This document shows, piece by piece, positions 27,301-42,016 of a stretch of DNA of 64,000 nucleotides. The translations under genes were made by a program, and so were the position numbers. The DNA is taken from assembly GCA_951406725.2 (NCBI GenBank), contig OX597819.1:109368001-109432000 (forward strand), given 5' to 3'. This DNA is from Octopus vulgaris. Its lineage: Eukaryota. The notes under the pieces were generated by a model, which worked only from the letters and a program-made list of their open reading frames with translations, was not told the origin of the DNA and did not search any database. Position 1 is the first letter of the stretch, and each line of letters starts with the position of its first letter.

Positions 27301-28479
27301 TCTGTAAAAAGAAAAGAGCAACAAAGGGCTATATCACGAAGTAATAGGCATGCATAATGCATATGAACACACACGAAGACCAGAACAGTTTTGAATTTGT
27401 CATATTGTCAACAAAAAGATAGTTAAATAAAAGGCGATGTTTTTGATATTTTGTCCAACTCTTATATATTTTAAACCATTTTGAACCGCAAATTGCATCG
27501 GGCTGTCCATTCCCATCGTTTCTGCTTTCTTTGGATGAGCTTTGTAGCATGTTAAACGGGAGAGGTTCTTAACCTCTGGCTTCGCCTCCTCCACTTCTTA
27601 GAGTAAAAAAGATACAATAAGTAGTTCGCTACGACTTTCTCATGTCACACTGTGACACATTCTCAGAGAGATAGACAGATAGATAGATAAATAGATAGAG
27701 AGAGAGGTGAGGATAAAGAGAGAAAGAGGTGAGGAAAGAGAGAGGGGAAGAGAGAGAGACGGGAAGAGAGAGATAGAGATAGATAGGGAAAGAGACAGAG
27801 AAATATAGAGAGTAAAATTTTGACTGGTACTTTATTTATCGAACCATGATGGATAAAAGGCAAAAATCGACCTCAGCAGAATTTGAACGCGAAGCGCAAA
27901 ACGACAAAAGAGAGAAAAATAATGGCTGGACATTTTCCTGACACTTGAACAAGTTTGCTAATCGGACGTCTTCACATACATACACATACAAACACACATA
28001 CACACATACACACACGCTCAAGCACATTTATATGTATGTGTTTATGTTTGCTTGCGTGCACGTGTATGTGTAACGTAATGGAGAACAAATCACTCTAGTG
28101 CATACATAGACGCATTACTGCCGTAAATATATATACACCATACCATGACTCAGTTTACAATTACACTCGCATAGACACAAAAGCGGACATAAAAGTACCA
28201 GGCACATAAAAGAGGAAATACAGTTGCGGGGCAAGTCATAGAAAAGGCCACAGTTGAGGGTGAAAGACATTGTCATATACATGCATACATGCATACATAT
28301 ACACGTACATATATATATATATACGCATACACACACATACCTACATAAAAATATATAGTTTAACATATACTAATTAATATATATGTACCTATATACATAC
28401 ATGCGTATAATGATTTATATTAATGTTTGTTTTTATGCTCAGTTATAATCCTCTCGACTATGAATTGTGGGAGAGGGGT

Positions 28480-28620
28480 ATAGTCGATTACATCAACCCC
28501 AGTACTCAACTGGTACTTATTTTATCGACCCTGAAATGATGAAAGGTAAAGTCAACCTCGGCGGAATTTGAACTCGGAACGTGCAGACGGATGAAATACC
28601 GCTAAGCATTTTGCCCGCAA
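28480..28620 (-). mobile_element. SINE family B copy
   Basis: Meta-like core and partial head. Confidence 0.75.
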
Positions 28621-28658
28621 ACTCGCTGCATAGTTTTGGAGAGTACAAATTTATTCCC

Positions 28659-28861
28659 GCGTGGAAGGTGTTTGTAAGCCATTTAAGAAACACACAAAAG
28701 CCGTTCGATTCACTTCAACATTTAAGTTTAATATGTCAAAATATTTTCGTCGCTTTAAGACCGCGACCTGTTCACTGACAAAAATCCGTGCAGCACTTAA
28801 ATGTTGAAGTGAATCGAACGGCTTTTGTGTTTCTTAAATGGCTTACAAACACCTTCCACGC
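28659..28861. repeat. inverted repeat (about 67-bp arms) of a PLE-type element
   Basis: 28659-28727 is the reverse complement of 28795-28861. Confidence 0.8.
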
Positions 28862-29082
28862 TGCAATTGATTTTGTTTCAGCACACGATCTCAGATCAAA
28901 TCATTTGCTATGCAAGTACATCGTAAATTTTTTCCCCTTATACAAGAATCATGTTGATAGTGACTTCGAAATTTCGGTCAGCTAACCCATCGTCCGACAA
29001 TGGTTTAGCTAGCCGAAACTTTGAAGTCACTGTTAACAACATTCTCGTATATAAAAAAATAAATATACATAAACATATATAA

Positions 29083-29113
<31 letters not shown>

Positions 29114-29865
29114 TGTATGTATGTATGTATGTATGCATGCATGCATGCATGCATGTATGTATGCATGTATGCATGCAGGCATGTATGTATGTGTGTATGT
29201 ATGTACGTATGTATGTATTTATGTATGCATGTATGCATGTATGTATATATATTTATATATAAACGTGCATATAAAGCTTATGAAGAATTGAATTGAATTT
29301 TTGGCGTTCACCTAAGGAATGTTTATTCTTTCGGGTAGAAGAGAACCTGATACATATCCATTAAACACACACACGTACATACACCCTCTGTTACATATTG
29401 TACATATGCACACACACATACACGCATGATTGTGAGCAATAATTAAACAATTGTTGAGCCCCATCTTGACATTAGTTGAATAAATCCATCATCGATATAT
29501 TCAACCCAAGACTACAAAAAATTTACAAAGTTCAGTTATTGATATAGTGTACCTCGTAAATCGGAATACATTTTGCCATGTAAAATGTTTTTCTTAAGAT
29601 ATAGGATGTGTTTTGAGACAGATCAAGCAGTGACTCCCTGGCTGGCTCGATAATTCTTCGTGTGACTGTGTCAGTTACATTTTGTTTAAGCACCAGCAAT
29701 GGCGACACAATTCCGCAGTTCAACAAATAGTAAAGAAAAGGAAAAGCAATGCCAAGAAAACCTAAATTTCTCGAATATACAAGATTGGAAAAATATTAAT
29801 AAGTTTCATTAGAAAAATTGCTGAAAATTAATTTTGAACCAATGTCAGTATACATACATATGTAT

Positions 29866-29985
<120 letters not shown>

Positions 29986-30022
29986 TTTATATATATATAC
30001 ATATATATATACATATATATAC

Positions 30023-30061
<39 letters not shown>

Positions 30062-30375
30062 CATATACATATATATAGATATACACACATATATATTATA
30101 TATATATATACACACATACATATACATATATACAGACACATACACATATACATATATACATATTCTTTAGTGTTTGTTTTCTTTTATGACAAGTTCCGTA
30201 TAAAGACGATTTAACTTTAAACCAAAGAAATGCTCAATACTTTAGTACAGAGCATGTTTATCAAACTTTTACAAGGAAAACGTTTCAGCTTTTTTTTCTT
30301 CTTCAGACATGCCGAAATTTCGAAGCCATTGTCGACTGTTTCCCTTGTAATTGTTTAATAAACATACACACATAC

Positions 30376-30450
<75 letters not shown>

Positions 30451-30565
30451 TACATATGCATATATATATACATATGCATATATATATACATATATGTGTA
30501 TATATATATATATATATATACACATATATATACATACACATATATACATATATATATATATATAC

Positions 30566-30626
<61 letters not shown>

Positions 30627-31099
30627 CATACATATATATATATATAGATGCATATATATACACACATATACATATACACACATAAATATCTGAATATATA
30701 TATACATACATACATACATACATATATATATATATGTATATGTATATATAAGAACCAATGAGTGGCTCGTTTGGAGCCCTATATGAGTACAAATATACAA
30801 TGAGGCCAAGGGTCACGATATGCTCAAACGTGACCAATTGCACACACTCACAAATATACAATTGCACACATACACAAATATACTTATGTGTGTATCTAGA
30901 TTCATATATTTTAATATAAACATGGATCATGACACGTCTGTACACTGTTCTCAACATAGATATATATAAATAAGAATTGATATGAATTTACAAGTATAAC
31001 ATTTAGACATTAATCGAATACGCATGTCCACACAGAAAAAAGACTTACACGCACACACACATGCTCACTCAGAAACAGACAAAGACACACACATACACA

Positions 31100-31149
<50 letters not shown>

Positions 31150-31442
31150 CACACACGACTGTGAATGTGCGTCTGTGTTATGAGTGTGTTCCTAAGTATG
31201 TATATCACTCCATATATGTATATTCATGTGAAAAAAATGTTCAACAGTTTGTTTGAAGGATGAAATTATATTTCATTTATACCAAATATTTTATTTTAGT
31301 TTTACGTTAGGAGAGTGGAAGGTTAAGACATTTTTTAAAAAATTAAAAAATTAAGAATTTCGGTCTCATAAATCAATTATTTTTATAAATACATAGTCAC
31401 ATACACATACATACGCATACACTGACAAAACACAAATATATG

Positions 31443-31514
<72 letters not shown>

Positions 31515-31592
31515 GTATAGATCTATCCATATATATATATGTGTATGTGTATATTTATATATATATCTATGTACATGTACGTATATATATAT

Positions 31593-31641
<49 letters not shown>

Positions 31642-31783
31642 GTACATGTACATAGATATATATATATATATATATATGTATCCTTATACACCCAGTTATG
31701 CATACGTAAAACACGTATATATATATATATATATATATAAGCACATCAATGCTTTCTTTTATGTTTGTATACACATAGATGCA

Positions 31784-31844
<61 letters not shown>

Positions 31845-31958
31845 TATACATGCATATATACGTAAAAATATCTAATGTATTTTGTCTAATGCTTGCATGT
31901 ATGTATAGATAGTTGTGTATATATATATAATAATAATACATATATACATATTTACATG

Positions 31959-32075
<117 letters not shown>

Positions 32076-33212
32076 CATGGACACAATCGCATATAAGTTA
32101 TTAAAATGATATTATATATTAGCTTATCACAGCGCATGTATAGATTTTAAAATTGAACTATACACACACATATAAATACACGCATATATCGATCACCATA
32201 TACTCTAGCGTGTGTAAAAATGCAAGAAATTACATGCACACGCGTATAAAGAAGCAGAATTATACTATTATATATATATAATATATAATATATATCCTTA
32301 CATACGTTGATACATACACACCAATACATACGTACATTGTTGCAAACATGTCTATATACAGGATAATATTTAGTAACAGTATGTAAGGGAAAAATCATTG
32401 ATATTTTTTCACCAAGGAAAAAATTGTTTATTAGAAAAATAAAATTGACGATATTATAAACTGTTTCACCCCTAAAAACATTTTTTGGTTTCATTTTTAA
32501 AACAAATGTTACATCAAAAAAAAAAAAAAAATCAGCCATGACTTCTTGTTTAAACTCTGGTTGAACCAAGAGAGAAAATCGGAAAATAGGAGGCAGCAAT
32601 TTAGACCCGCCATCTTTGCCGCCTCTGAATCATAATTTTTGTAATGTCTGTTCCACAATTCCATACAACTTCCTCTCTGCTTTTGGATGTTTTAATATAA
32701 ATGGCGCGGCAATTCAAATTACCTTCGAAATATTCCTGATTTGTTTGTTTGTATATTTAACAGTGACTTAGAAAAACAAAATTTTCCATGTTCTCTGTCT
32801 TTAATTTCATTTTCTCCATGTTAAATTCAAAATTTTTACAATATGGATATAATGAGAGAAAACTGGGAAGAGAAAGGCCTGAGACCGGTATATATCAAAG
32901 AGCGAGATGTATATTGAACCACAGAAGAGTGTATTGTCGAGGAATGACTGAGAATGGCAATGTTCACTTTGTACAAACATCACCTTCATCTACCCATAAT
33001 TCCATTCGCATGTCCGTCATGAGGACAACGCTGATGATAGTATAGACTCTCCACTAAACAACATTGTTTTTGCTCTTTTGTTGCACTTGTTATAAATGTC
33101 TTCATTAAAATTTGGTAATAGGAATAAAATACTTCGGTCATTATCCATTTGACGATTGCCTTCGCCGGCATGAGATTTAAAAGAAAGTTACGGACCAATA
33201 GTAATCTCATAA

Positions 33213-33253
<41 letters not shown>

Positions 33254-33457
33254 CACATATATATATATATATACAAATATATATATGTATATATATATAT
33301 ATATATACACATACATATATGCATATGTGTGTGAGCATTTGTATGTGTGTGTGTATAATCTTTATACAAAAAGTGAGTACTCTCAACCATATTCGTGAAA
33401 CCACTTGGAATGTACAACAACAACAATAATAATAACAATAATAACAATAATAATAAC

Positions 33458-33544
<87 letters not shown>

Positions 33545-33563
33545 TTCTGTATGCATATACATA

Positions 33564-33616
<53 letters not shown>

Positions 33617-33738
33617 GAAAAAATATATATTTATATCTACATATACATATTCATATATATATTCACACAGGTGCAAAATAAGGTGGAAAAAATAGTACTC
33701 GAATACTTAAGATAGAGTAATAGAATAATATACTTTTT

Positions 33739-33881
33739 TATTAAAGCTGCAAAATTATCACAGAACTCTTAATCAGAGTTTCACGTTCCCGTTTGTTGGA
33801 CAGTTGAGATAAATAGCATTCATCACAACTGTCCGACGAACGGGAAAACTCTGAGTAACAGTTCAGTGATAATTTTGCAGC

Positions 33882-33888
<7 letters not shown>
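33739..33888. mobile_element. inverted-repeat PLE-type element with two degenerate hammerheads
   Basis: arms 33739-33806 and 33826-33888; merged consensus aactgt-CCGACGA-acg ggaa cgt-GAAAC-tctga-GTA-acagtt. Confidence 0.7.
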
Positions 33889-33979
<91 letters not shown>

Positions 33980-34113
33980 GTATTTTTATACATACATAAG
34001 TATATATTTGGTGTATTTATATGTATACATGCACTATATATTTATATTCACACATATGTATATATGTGTGTACATCTATATATATACGTACATGTATAAG
34101 CATATACAGATGC

Positions 34114-34144
<31 letters not shown>

Positions 34145-34344
34145 TATATATATGTATATATATGTATATATATATATATATATATATACTTACATACATA
34201 TATACGTACACACACACTCTCTCTCTCACACACACACATGTATGAACAGTTATGTTTCTATACATAGAAATATTATGAAAAGGTATTCAACATATAAAAG
34301 TAGAATTAGGAACAAGACAACAATAGTAATTTAAACTGTGATGC

Positions 34345-34439
<95 letters not shown>

Positions 34440-34453
34440 TGATGATAATAATG

Positions 34454-34516
<63 letters not shown>

Positions 34517-34687
34517 TTCATAATCATAATAATCATAAAAGCAGCTAAAACTGTGATTTAACCGTGATGCCACTCCAAGTTTCACGCCCATTGCTTTGCA
34601 GCACGACTAAATGTTTTATTAGCTGTAAAGAAAAGCAATAATGCGAAACTTGGAATAACGGCGTTGTGAAAGCTCAGTTTCAATTGC

Positions 34688-34754
<67 letters not shown>

Positions 34755-34804
34755 GTTACTACCGTTATTGTTGTTATTATCACCATTATCATCATTTTTC
34801 ATCA

Positions 34805-34868
<64 letters not shown>

Positions 34869-35407
34869 TATCATTGTCATTATTATTGTTATTATTTCTG
34901 TTATTATTATTGTTGTTGTTGTTATTATTATTATTATTTATATACTCACATATGCATACGCACATATATAAACATATGTCTGTATACATTTTAGTATAGG
35001 TATGCATGTATATTAATATATACGTTTCATATTTATGTAATATGTATGTATATATCTGTATAGGAGTTTGAATTGTATTTGCGTACATACAAACACACAT
35101 AATTTCATATAAATTTCATATATGTATTAGGAAAAATCAGCCATGACTTTTTGAATGTCCCAATAAGTCGCAAGAGAATTAAGAGCAAAGAGGAACGAGG
35201 GATGAGAAAAAGATACAGAGCACAAGATAGATAGAAAGATAGATAGATAGGTAGATAGACAGAGATAGAGATAGAGAGAGAAAGAGAGAGACTGAAAGCA
35301 AGAAAGAGTGAAAGAGAGGAAAAAGACAGAGATAGTTGGGTAGGTTGTGCGGTATGTATGTTTGTAATAGCTTTTGGACAGAAGTGTAGATTCGTCATAT
35401 TTGTCCT

Positions 35408-35737
35408 TCAGACATTAGATTCTATCTTGTAGTTTCCACCCATAATTCCATAGAACTTATCCTCTTTCTGAAGGTACCCTAAATTCCTGATGGTTTTGTA
35501 TTGGTCGGGTACTTCCATCAGAGCGTGTAAGGCAAACACTGCTTCCGGATGTTTGGATTTGCCTACTGTTCCGTGGTAATCGACAAACTGGAAATTGTCG
35601 AATTTCCGACGTGGTAAACAGTTGTCAAACTCCTCCATGATATCCCACGGGCCGTCGCCAACGCCGACCACGATGATACTAAGAGGATACTCAGATGCTT
35701 CGACTATGGCTCTCACTGTTTCGCCTTGTTCGTTTAT
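35408..35737 (-). CDS. membrane-anchored copine/RGLG-type vWA domain protein, last coding exon
   Basis: acceptor tttgccag|ATA, phase 0; INEQGETVRAIVEASEYPLSIIVVGVGDGPW...RRKFDNFQFV...ALMEVPDQY; stop TGA. Confidence 0.9.
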   Translation of the reverse strand: MNEQGETVRAIVEASEYPLSIIVVGVGDGPWDIMEEFDNCLPRRKFDNFQFVDYHGTVGKSKHPEAVFALHALMEVPDQYKTIRNLGYLQKEDKFYGIMGGNYKIESNV

Positions 35738-35860
35738 CTGGCAAAAGAAAATAGAATATATATTATTATATAAAAAGACACATATATATACTTCAAGTTT
35801 CGCAGGCCTGAAGGAATCAGGTTCCTGTTAGGGGCCAGAAAAACTTGAAGTAGTACGGAA

Positions 35861-35919
<59 letters not shown>

Positions 35920-35921
<2 letters not shown>

Positions 35922-36121
35922 TTTGCCACAAGGGCAGCTTGAGGAAGGTGGGGATGAGTCGATTACACCTACCCAGTATTCAACTGGTAGTTATTTTATC
36001 AACCCCGAAAGGATGAAAGGCAAAGTCGACCTCGGCGCAATTTGAACTCAGAACGTAGCGATGGGCGAAATACCGCTAAGCATTTCATCCAGCGTGCTAA
36101 CGATTCTGCCAGTTCGCCTTC
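35920..36121 (-). mobile_element. SINE family B copy (intronic)
   Basis: core and head present. Confidence 0.8.
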
Positions 36122-36166
<45 letters not shown>

Positions 36167-36170
36167 TAAT

Positions 36171-38077
36171 GTCCTGCCTCATGAGCAGAAGGGTCGCAAG
36201 CGAAAGTACAGAGGTACCAAAGATCAACTCCTGATAGACAAAACTGTACTTAGAGACTGCAAAAGGAGGAAAAGTAACTTAGCCATGTCATGAATCGACT
36301 ATCGTAGGGCGTACGATATGATCCCACATTCTTGGATTATGGAGTGTATGAACCTATTTGGTATTGCATCGAATGTTGAGCGATTGCTTGGAAAAAGTAT
36401 GGTGAATTGGAGGACGGACCTGACAGCATACGGAAGAAGTTTAGGGACAGTAGAAATCGGGGCGGCGGCATCTTCCAAGGGGACTGCCTGTCCCCACTGA
36501 TCTTTGTACTGTGCTTGATACCACTAACACTGATTCTGAGGAAAGCAAAAGCTGGGTATTTATTCAAAAGCTGCTAACAAAAGGTCATGGATGACCTCAA
36601 ACTTTATGGTAATGATGAAACTCAAGTCAGTTCCCTCATTGATACGGGGTATACTTTCAGAATGGAGTTCGGACTGAGAAAGTGTGGTGTGTTAGTCTTG
36701 AAGAGAGGCAAAATCAAATGTATGGATGGGCTATCGATATCGTCGGGAGAGGTTATGAAAAGAAGGCCTATAAGTACTTGGGGATTTTGGAAGTGGAGAA
36801 ATTGATGGAAAAAGAAATGACAGAAAAATTTAAGGTGGAGTACTTGCGCAGACAGACTGATCCTTAAGTCGAAATTAAACTGGACGGAATATGATTGAAG
36901 CTATCAACACTTGGGCGGTTTCACTCTTTAGATATGGAGCAAGGGTTATTGCATGGACAGTAGACGAACTAAAAAGATTAGACAGAAAGACAAGGAACTT
37001 TCTGACTAGATATGGGACACTCCACCCCCAAAAATGACACAGACAGACTGTATGTACCAAGAAAAAGAGGAAGAAGAAGACGTATTGGATGCGAACACAG
37101 CATTAGAGTAGAAGAAAACAACATAACATGGGATGTAAAAAATGCCACAGAACCGCTACTATTAGAAGTAAGAAGGTCAGGCTTGTGTAGGATGAAAGAT
37201 TGCACTGTACAAGCAATTGAAAACGAATGAAACTGAAAATAGGTGGGTAAAGAAAAGAATGCATGGACAATTTCGTAGGGATGTTGAAGATAAGTCAGAG
37301 AGAGAAAAAAGACGGTTGTGGATGACTAAAAGTAATTTAAAACTGGAAACGGAGGCTCTAATCTGTGCTGCCCAAGAGAAAGCACTACAAACAAACTACA
37401 TAAAAAATACAGAATAGACAACACATCAGAAAGTGATAAGTGCAGAATCTGTGGATAAAATGGTGAAACCGTATGGCATATTACCAGCCAATGTACGCCA
37501 CTAGCCCAGAAGGAATATAAGAGACGCGACGACAATTTAGCAAGACTTGTCCATTGGACACTTTGCAACAGGTATGGACTTGACAGAGCAAAAAATTGGT
37601 ACAACCACAAACCTGAATGCATTGTCGAAAATGATAATGCAAAGATCCTGTGGGATTTTATGATTCAGTGCGACCATGAGATAGAGAATAGGAAGTCAGA
37701 CATAGTCTTAATTGAGAAAGAAAGCAAACTATGCTGGATCACAGATATAGCATGCTCAGCTGTCAACAAGGTATGCGATAAGGAAGTAAGAAAAGTCGAT
37801 AGATATGATAGGTTAGCTTGGGAGGTTAAACAGTTGTGGTCGATGAAAAAGGTGGTAGTAGTACCAATAATTGTCTGAGCCCTGGTAACAGTGAGTAAAA
37901 AATCTTGAGAAGTACATGGAACAAATAGGGGCTGCAATGAGGGTGGAGCACTTGCAGGAAACAGCACTGCTTGGAACCGCTCGAATACTCCGAAACATGT
38001 TTGGAAATAAGAGGTGTTACCTAAGTTCACTGGTAGTGAACGTAGTACATCTCCAGCGTTAGAAGCTGTACAAAGGC
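36171..38077 (+). mobile_element. Dong/R4-clade RLE non-LTR retrotransposon, 5'-truncated and decayed
   Basis: [44 protein letters not shown] zinc knuckle, RKSDIVLI, LQETALLGTARILR; flanked by (TAA)n. Confidence 0.9.
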
Positions 38078-38664
38078 AATGATAATAATAATAAAAATAA
38101 TAGCTATACTGTAAATATCATACATAATATTTACATTATGTGTTATACATAGTTTCGTAACTGACTTGTATCCGAGCTTCCTGGATGAATGGCTAGTTCC
38201 ATATAGAGACTCCCCACCCAGAACAGTTGAACACTAGAATAAATTCTCTTTCAGTTCTTTTCGTACAGAATATGATTTTGATTTCTTTAACCACAGGGTT
38301 AACAAGTTCTCTGCTCAATGTTGGCGATTTCCTTAACTTTAATATTTTTATTGATATTTTTTATTATCATTTTATTTCATTTTATTAGCTCCTCTATTGT
38401 CGTTTCAGTCACTGTATTTTATCACCTTCAGATAATTTATTACCATTGTATCACATTTATATCTTTCATCAGTTATTTTATTACTATTTGTCGTATTCAT
38501 GATACTTCCTCCTTACTCTAGCTTTTACCTAGAAGTGGTTTACGAGTCTGCAAAACCCAAGCAATCTAGCTACCTCGCGCCAAACTGTTTCCATGATATC
38601 GTACAGAGTCACAATTATTAAACATATAAAGAAAGACAAAAATGTTCCATGCATACTCCCCAGT

Positions 38665-39084
38665 ATATATTTCTTTATTACCCACAAGGAGCTAAACACA
38701 GAGGGGACAAACAAGGATAGACAAACGGATTAAGTCGATTACATCGACCCTAGTGCGTAACTGGTACTTTATTTATCGACCCCTAAATGATGAAAGGCAA
38801 AGTCGACCTCGGCGGAATTTGAACTCAGAACGTAACGACAGACGAAATACCTATTTCTTTACTACCCACAAAAGGCTGAACCCAGAAGGGACAAACAAGG
38901 ACAGACACACGGATTAAGTCGATTATATCGACTCCAGTGCGTAACTGGTACTTATTTAATCGACCCCGAAAGGATGAAACGCAAAGTCGACCTCGGCGGA
39001 ATTTGAACTCAGAACGTAACGGCAGACGAAATACAGCTACGCATTTCGCCCGGTGCGCTAACGTTTCTGCCAGCTCGCCGCCTT
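38665..39084 (-). mobile_element. SINE family B dimeric copy (intronic)
   Basis: two tandem cores, one head. Confidence 0.85.
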
Positions 39085-39724
39085 CATACTCCCCAGTATA
39101 GTAACTAATGTTAGCATTTACATATTTAACATATTTCGCACAAAAAAAAAAAAGGAAACTAGCTAGAAATTTGTCCGTCAATGATTAATATATTTTGGCT
39201 TTTCCGTAATCAATAGAGCAGACCCCGAAAATGTTTGTGCTTTATTCTGACCTTACCAGCGAAGAACAGATTTTTACGGTACTTGTTGAAGTACAGGTGA
39301 ATGAATCACCAAATAAATAAGCAAGATTGCTTATGTTAGTGCAGGAAAATAGAATCGATTCTCGATTTAATAATTAAATATGAAGTTTTCCTTATGGAAA
39401 AGAATATATTAGTTAATATTCTCAAGTTTAATGCAAGGAACATTATATATAATTAATTACGCAGTGAAGAAAACACACTTAGGTAATGACTTTCTGAATT
39501 GTGTGTGCGAGTGTGTCATTAGGAACTACATTGTAGCGATTACGTAGCTCTTTGACTCTTCTGTCATATGTTATCTTTGTAATTGGCCTCTGATCCCCCT
39601 GAGAACACACACACACACACACACACACACAACATGTACTCGAAAGGAACAAGAAAAGTACAAACGGTTACATCAATAACAGAAGCACAAGGTATAACAA
39701 TACCGAAGGGTGTCGTGTGCTTAC

Positions 39725-40396
39725 CTGGCCATCAGCAATAATCACCAGGATGTGGTAGGTATTTTTCTCTTTAACAATCTCGATAGCTTTTTCAATGATG
39801 GGGCAGAAAGTGGTGGGGCCACTTAGAGTGATATTTCGAACCGCTTCGTTATACCGCTCCAGCACTTCGTGGAACCCATAGCATGGATTCTCCGATGGAT
39901 TCAGGTAGAAAACATCCTGGTTCATTGTTTTCGTATCGCCAAAACCGAAGGCAGGAATCAGTTTGTCTTCGTCGAACGGCTCCAGGGTCTGTCCCAAAAT
40001 CGATATGACCTTTTGGTAAGGGTTCAAAACCTTGCCTGGCCAAATTTTATGTAGGCACTGGCCGTTGAACGTTTTTCGACCTTGCCACTCGTTGCTGGCC
40101 GTAAAGTCCACTCCCACTATCAACTGACAACGTTCCAGACCAGCTCGTCTACAGGCCTTGCTGACGGCGTCGAAAGACTCGAAATGGTCGTCAAACGAAC
40201 AGAAATAGTTACTGTTGCCATAGTACTGGATGCCGAGTACCGAAAATATGGAAGGTTTTACTTTGTAGCGGGTGTAGACAGCGTCGTCAGAAACCAGTTC
40301 TTCTTTAGCGCTTTCCGACCTTTGACGATAAAGTCCGAACAGGATTAAACCGGCAACAACTGCCAGAACATACAGCACAAGAGATAACACTGTCAT
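39725..40396 (-). CDS. membrane-anchored copine/RGLG-type vWA domain protein, first coding exon
   Basis: ATG at 40396 after in-frame TGA at 40411-40409; hydrophobic N-terminus; GVDFTASNEW, NPYQKVI, FDEDKLIPAFGFGD, LSGPT, ILVIIADGQ; donor CAG|gtaagc; upstream acceptor tttttcag|40418. Confidence 0.9.
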
Positions 40397-40480
40397 CACG
40401 GGGCGACTTCATATCACACTGAAAAATAAGAAAAAAATATACGAATAAGTGATACATATGGAAAACACGTAGAAAAGAAG

Positions 40481-40545
<65 letters not shown>

Positions 40546-41106
40546 CTGTCTATCTATCTACTGTCTGTTTATCTGTTTGTCTGTCTGTCTTTCTCTCTCT
40601 GTACACACACACACACACATGCGCACACACACGCCCGCACGAGATTGGATTGAGCAAATATTCTTTATTGCATAACACTACAATTGTTTCATTTCCACTT
40701 TGTCAGTAGATCATTGCCAAAATGTTATATAATATATTAAACAATTCATCATACAGTATTCTTTCAGTAACATTGGTAAGTGTAGACGCTTCAGGCACGA
40801 ACACAAAGCGTTTTGCTTAAAACAAACAAGAAAACAAAAACACACACAACAAAACAAATACCATAAAATCATAAACCACATATTCAGTTCAACCGGTCAA
40901 GAAAATGAGTGGTTATAGAAAAAAATAGAATAAAAGGTAAATAGGCAAATAACAAGATGAATAAATAAATAAATAAATAAAACATATAATTTAAATTAAA
41001 ATTATGTAGAATGGTTTAGGAATTAGAAATCACACTCCACTCCTACACATTCATATGTTCATATACACACACATTCACACATGTTCACATATATTCGTCC
41101 CTCCTC

Positions 41107-41309
<203 letters not shown>

Positions 41310-41329
41310 TTTCTTTTACTTGTTTCAGT

Positions 41330-41655
41330 CATTTGACTGCGGCCATACTGGAGCATCACCTTAAAGGGCTTTTAGTCAAAGAAATCGATCCCAGGACTTA
41401 TTCTTTATAATCCTAGTACTTATTCTAAGTTTACGGGGACGTAGACACACCAACATCAGTTGTCAAGCTATGTGGGGGGGGTGGGGTGGACAAACATATA
41501 CACAAAGACACACACACGCACACACACACACACACGATGTTTCCGTCTACCAAATCCACTCACAAGGCTTTGGTCGGCCCGAGGCTATAATGGAAGGCAC
41601 TTACTCAAGGTGCCATGCAGCCATGTAGTGGAACTGAACCTGGAACCGTGTGGTC
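41330..41655 (-). mobile_element. SINE family A copy
   Basis: tail and body similarity. Confidence 0.8.
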
Positions 41656-41661
41656 GGGAAA

Positions 41662-41723
<62 letters not shown>

Positions 41724-41820
41724 ATCCAAACAGGGAAACACAAAGAGAAAACACAACAACGCGAGGACGTGGAACAAGTATAATGTTATTGGACGCTCAG
41801 GAAAGAAGGAAAGAAGGAGG

Positions 41821-41855
41821 GTTTAACGTTTCGAGCGGAGCTCTTCGTCAGAAAC
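41821..41855 (-). ncRNA. minimal type I hammerhead ribozyme in a roughly 210-bp element (41720-41928) within (TA)n
   Basis: gttt-CTGACGA-a-gag ctccg ctc-GAAAC-GTT-aaac; palindromic AACGTT replaces stem III. Confidence 0.75.
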
Positions 41856-41924
41856 ATAGGAAAATGAAAGATCCAAAGAAGGGAAGACGGAGGAAAAAAT
41901 AATCGACAACGGTACACACGCGGT

Positions 41925-42016
<92 letters not shown>

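Noticed and set aside
30278-30312. minus-strand CTGAAGA...GAAACGTT
   Set aside because: Stem I does not pair; at best a decayed HHR, not counted
39668-39724. C-terminal VSTRHPSVLLYLVLLLLM of the 243-aa ORF
   Set aside because: Read-through past the gtaagc donor into the intron
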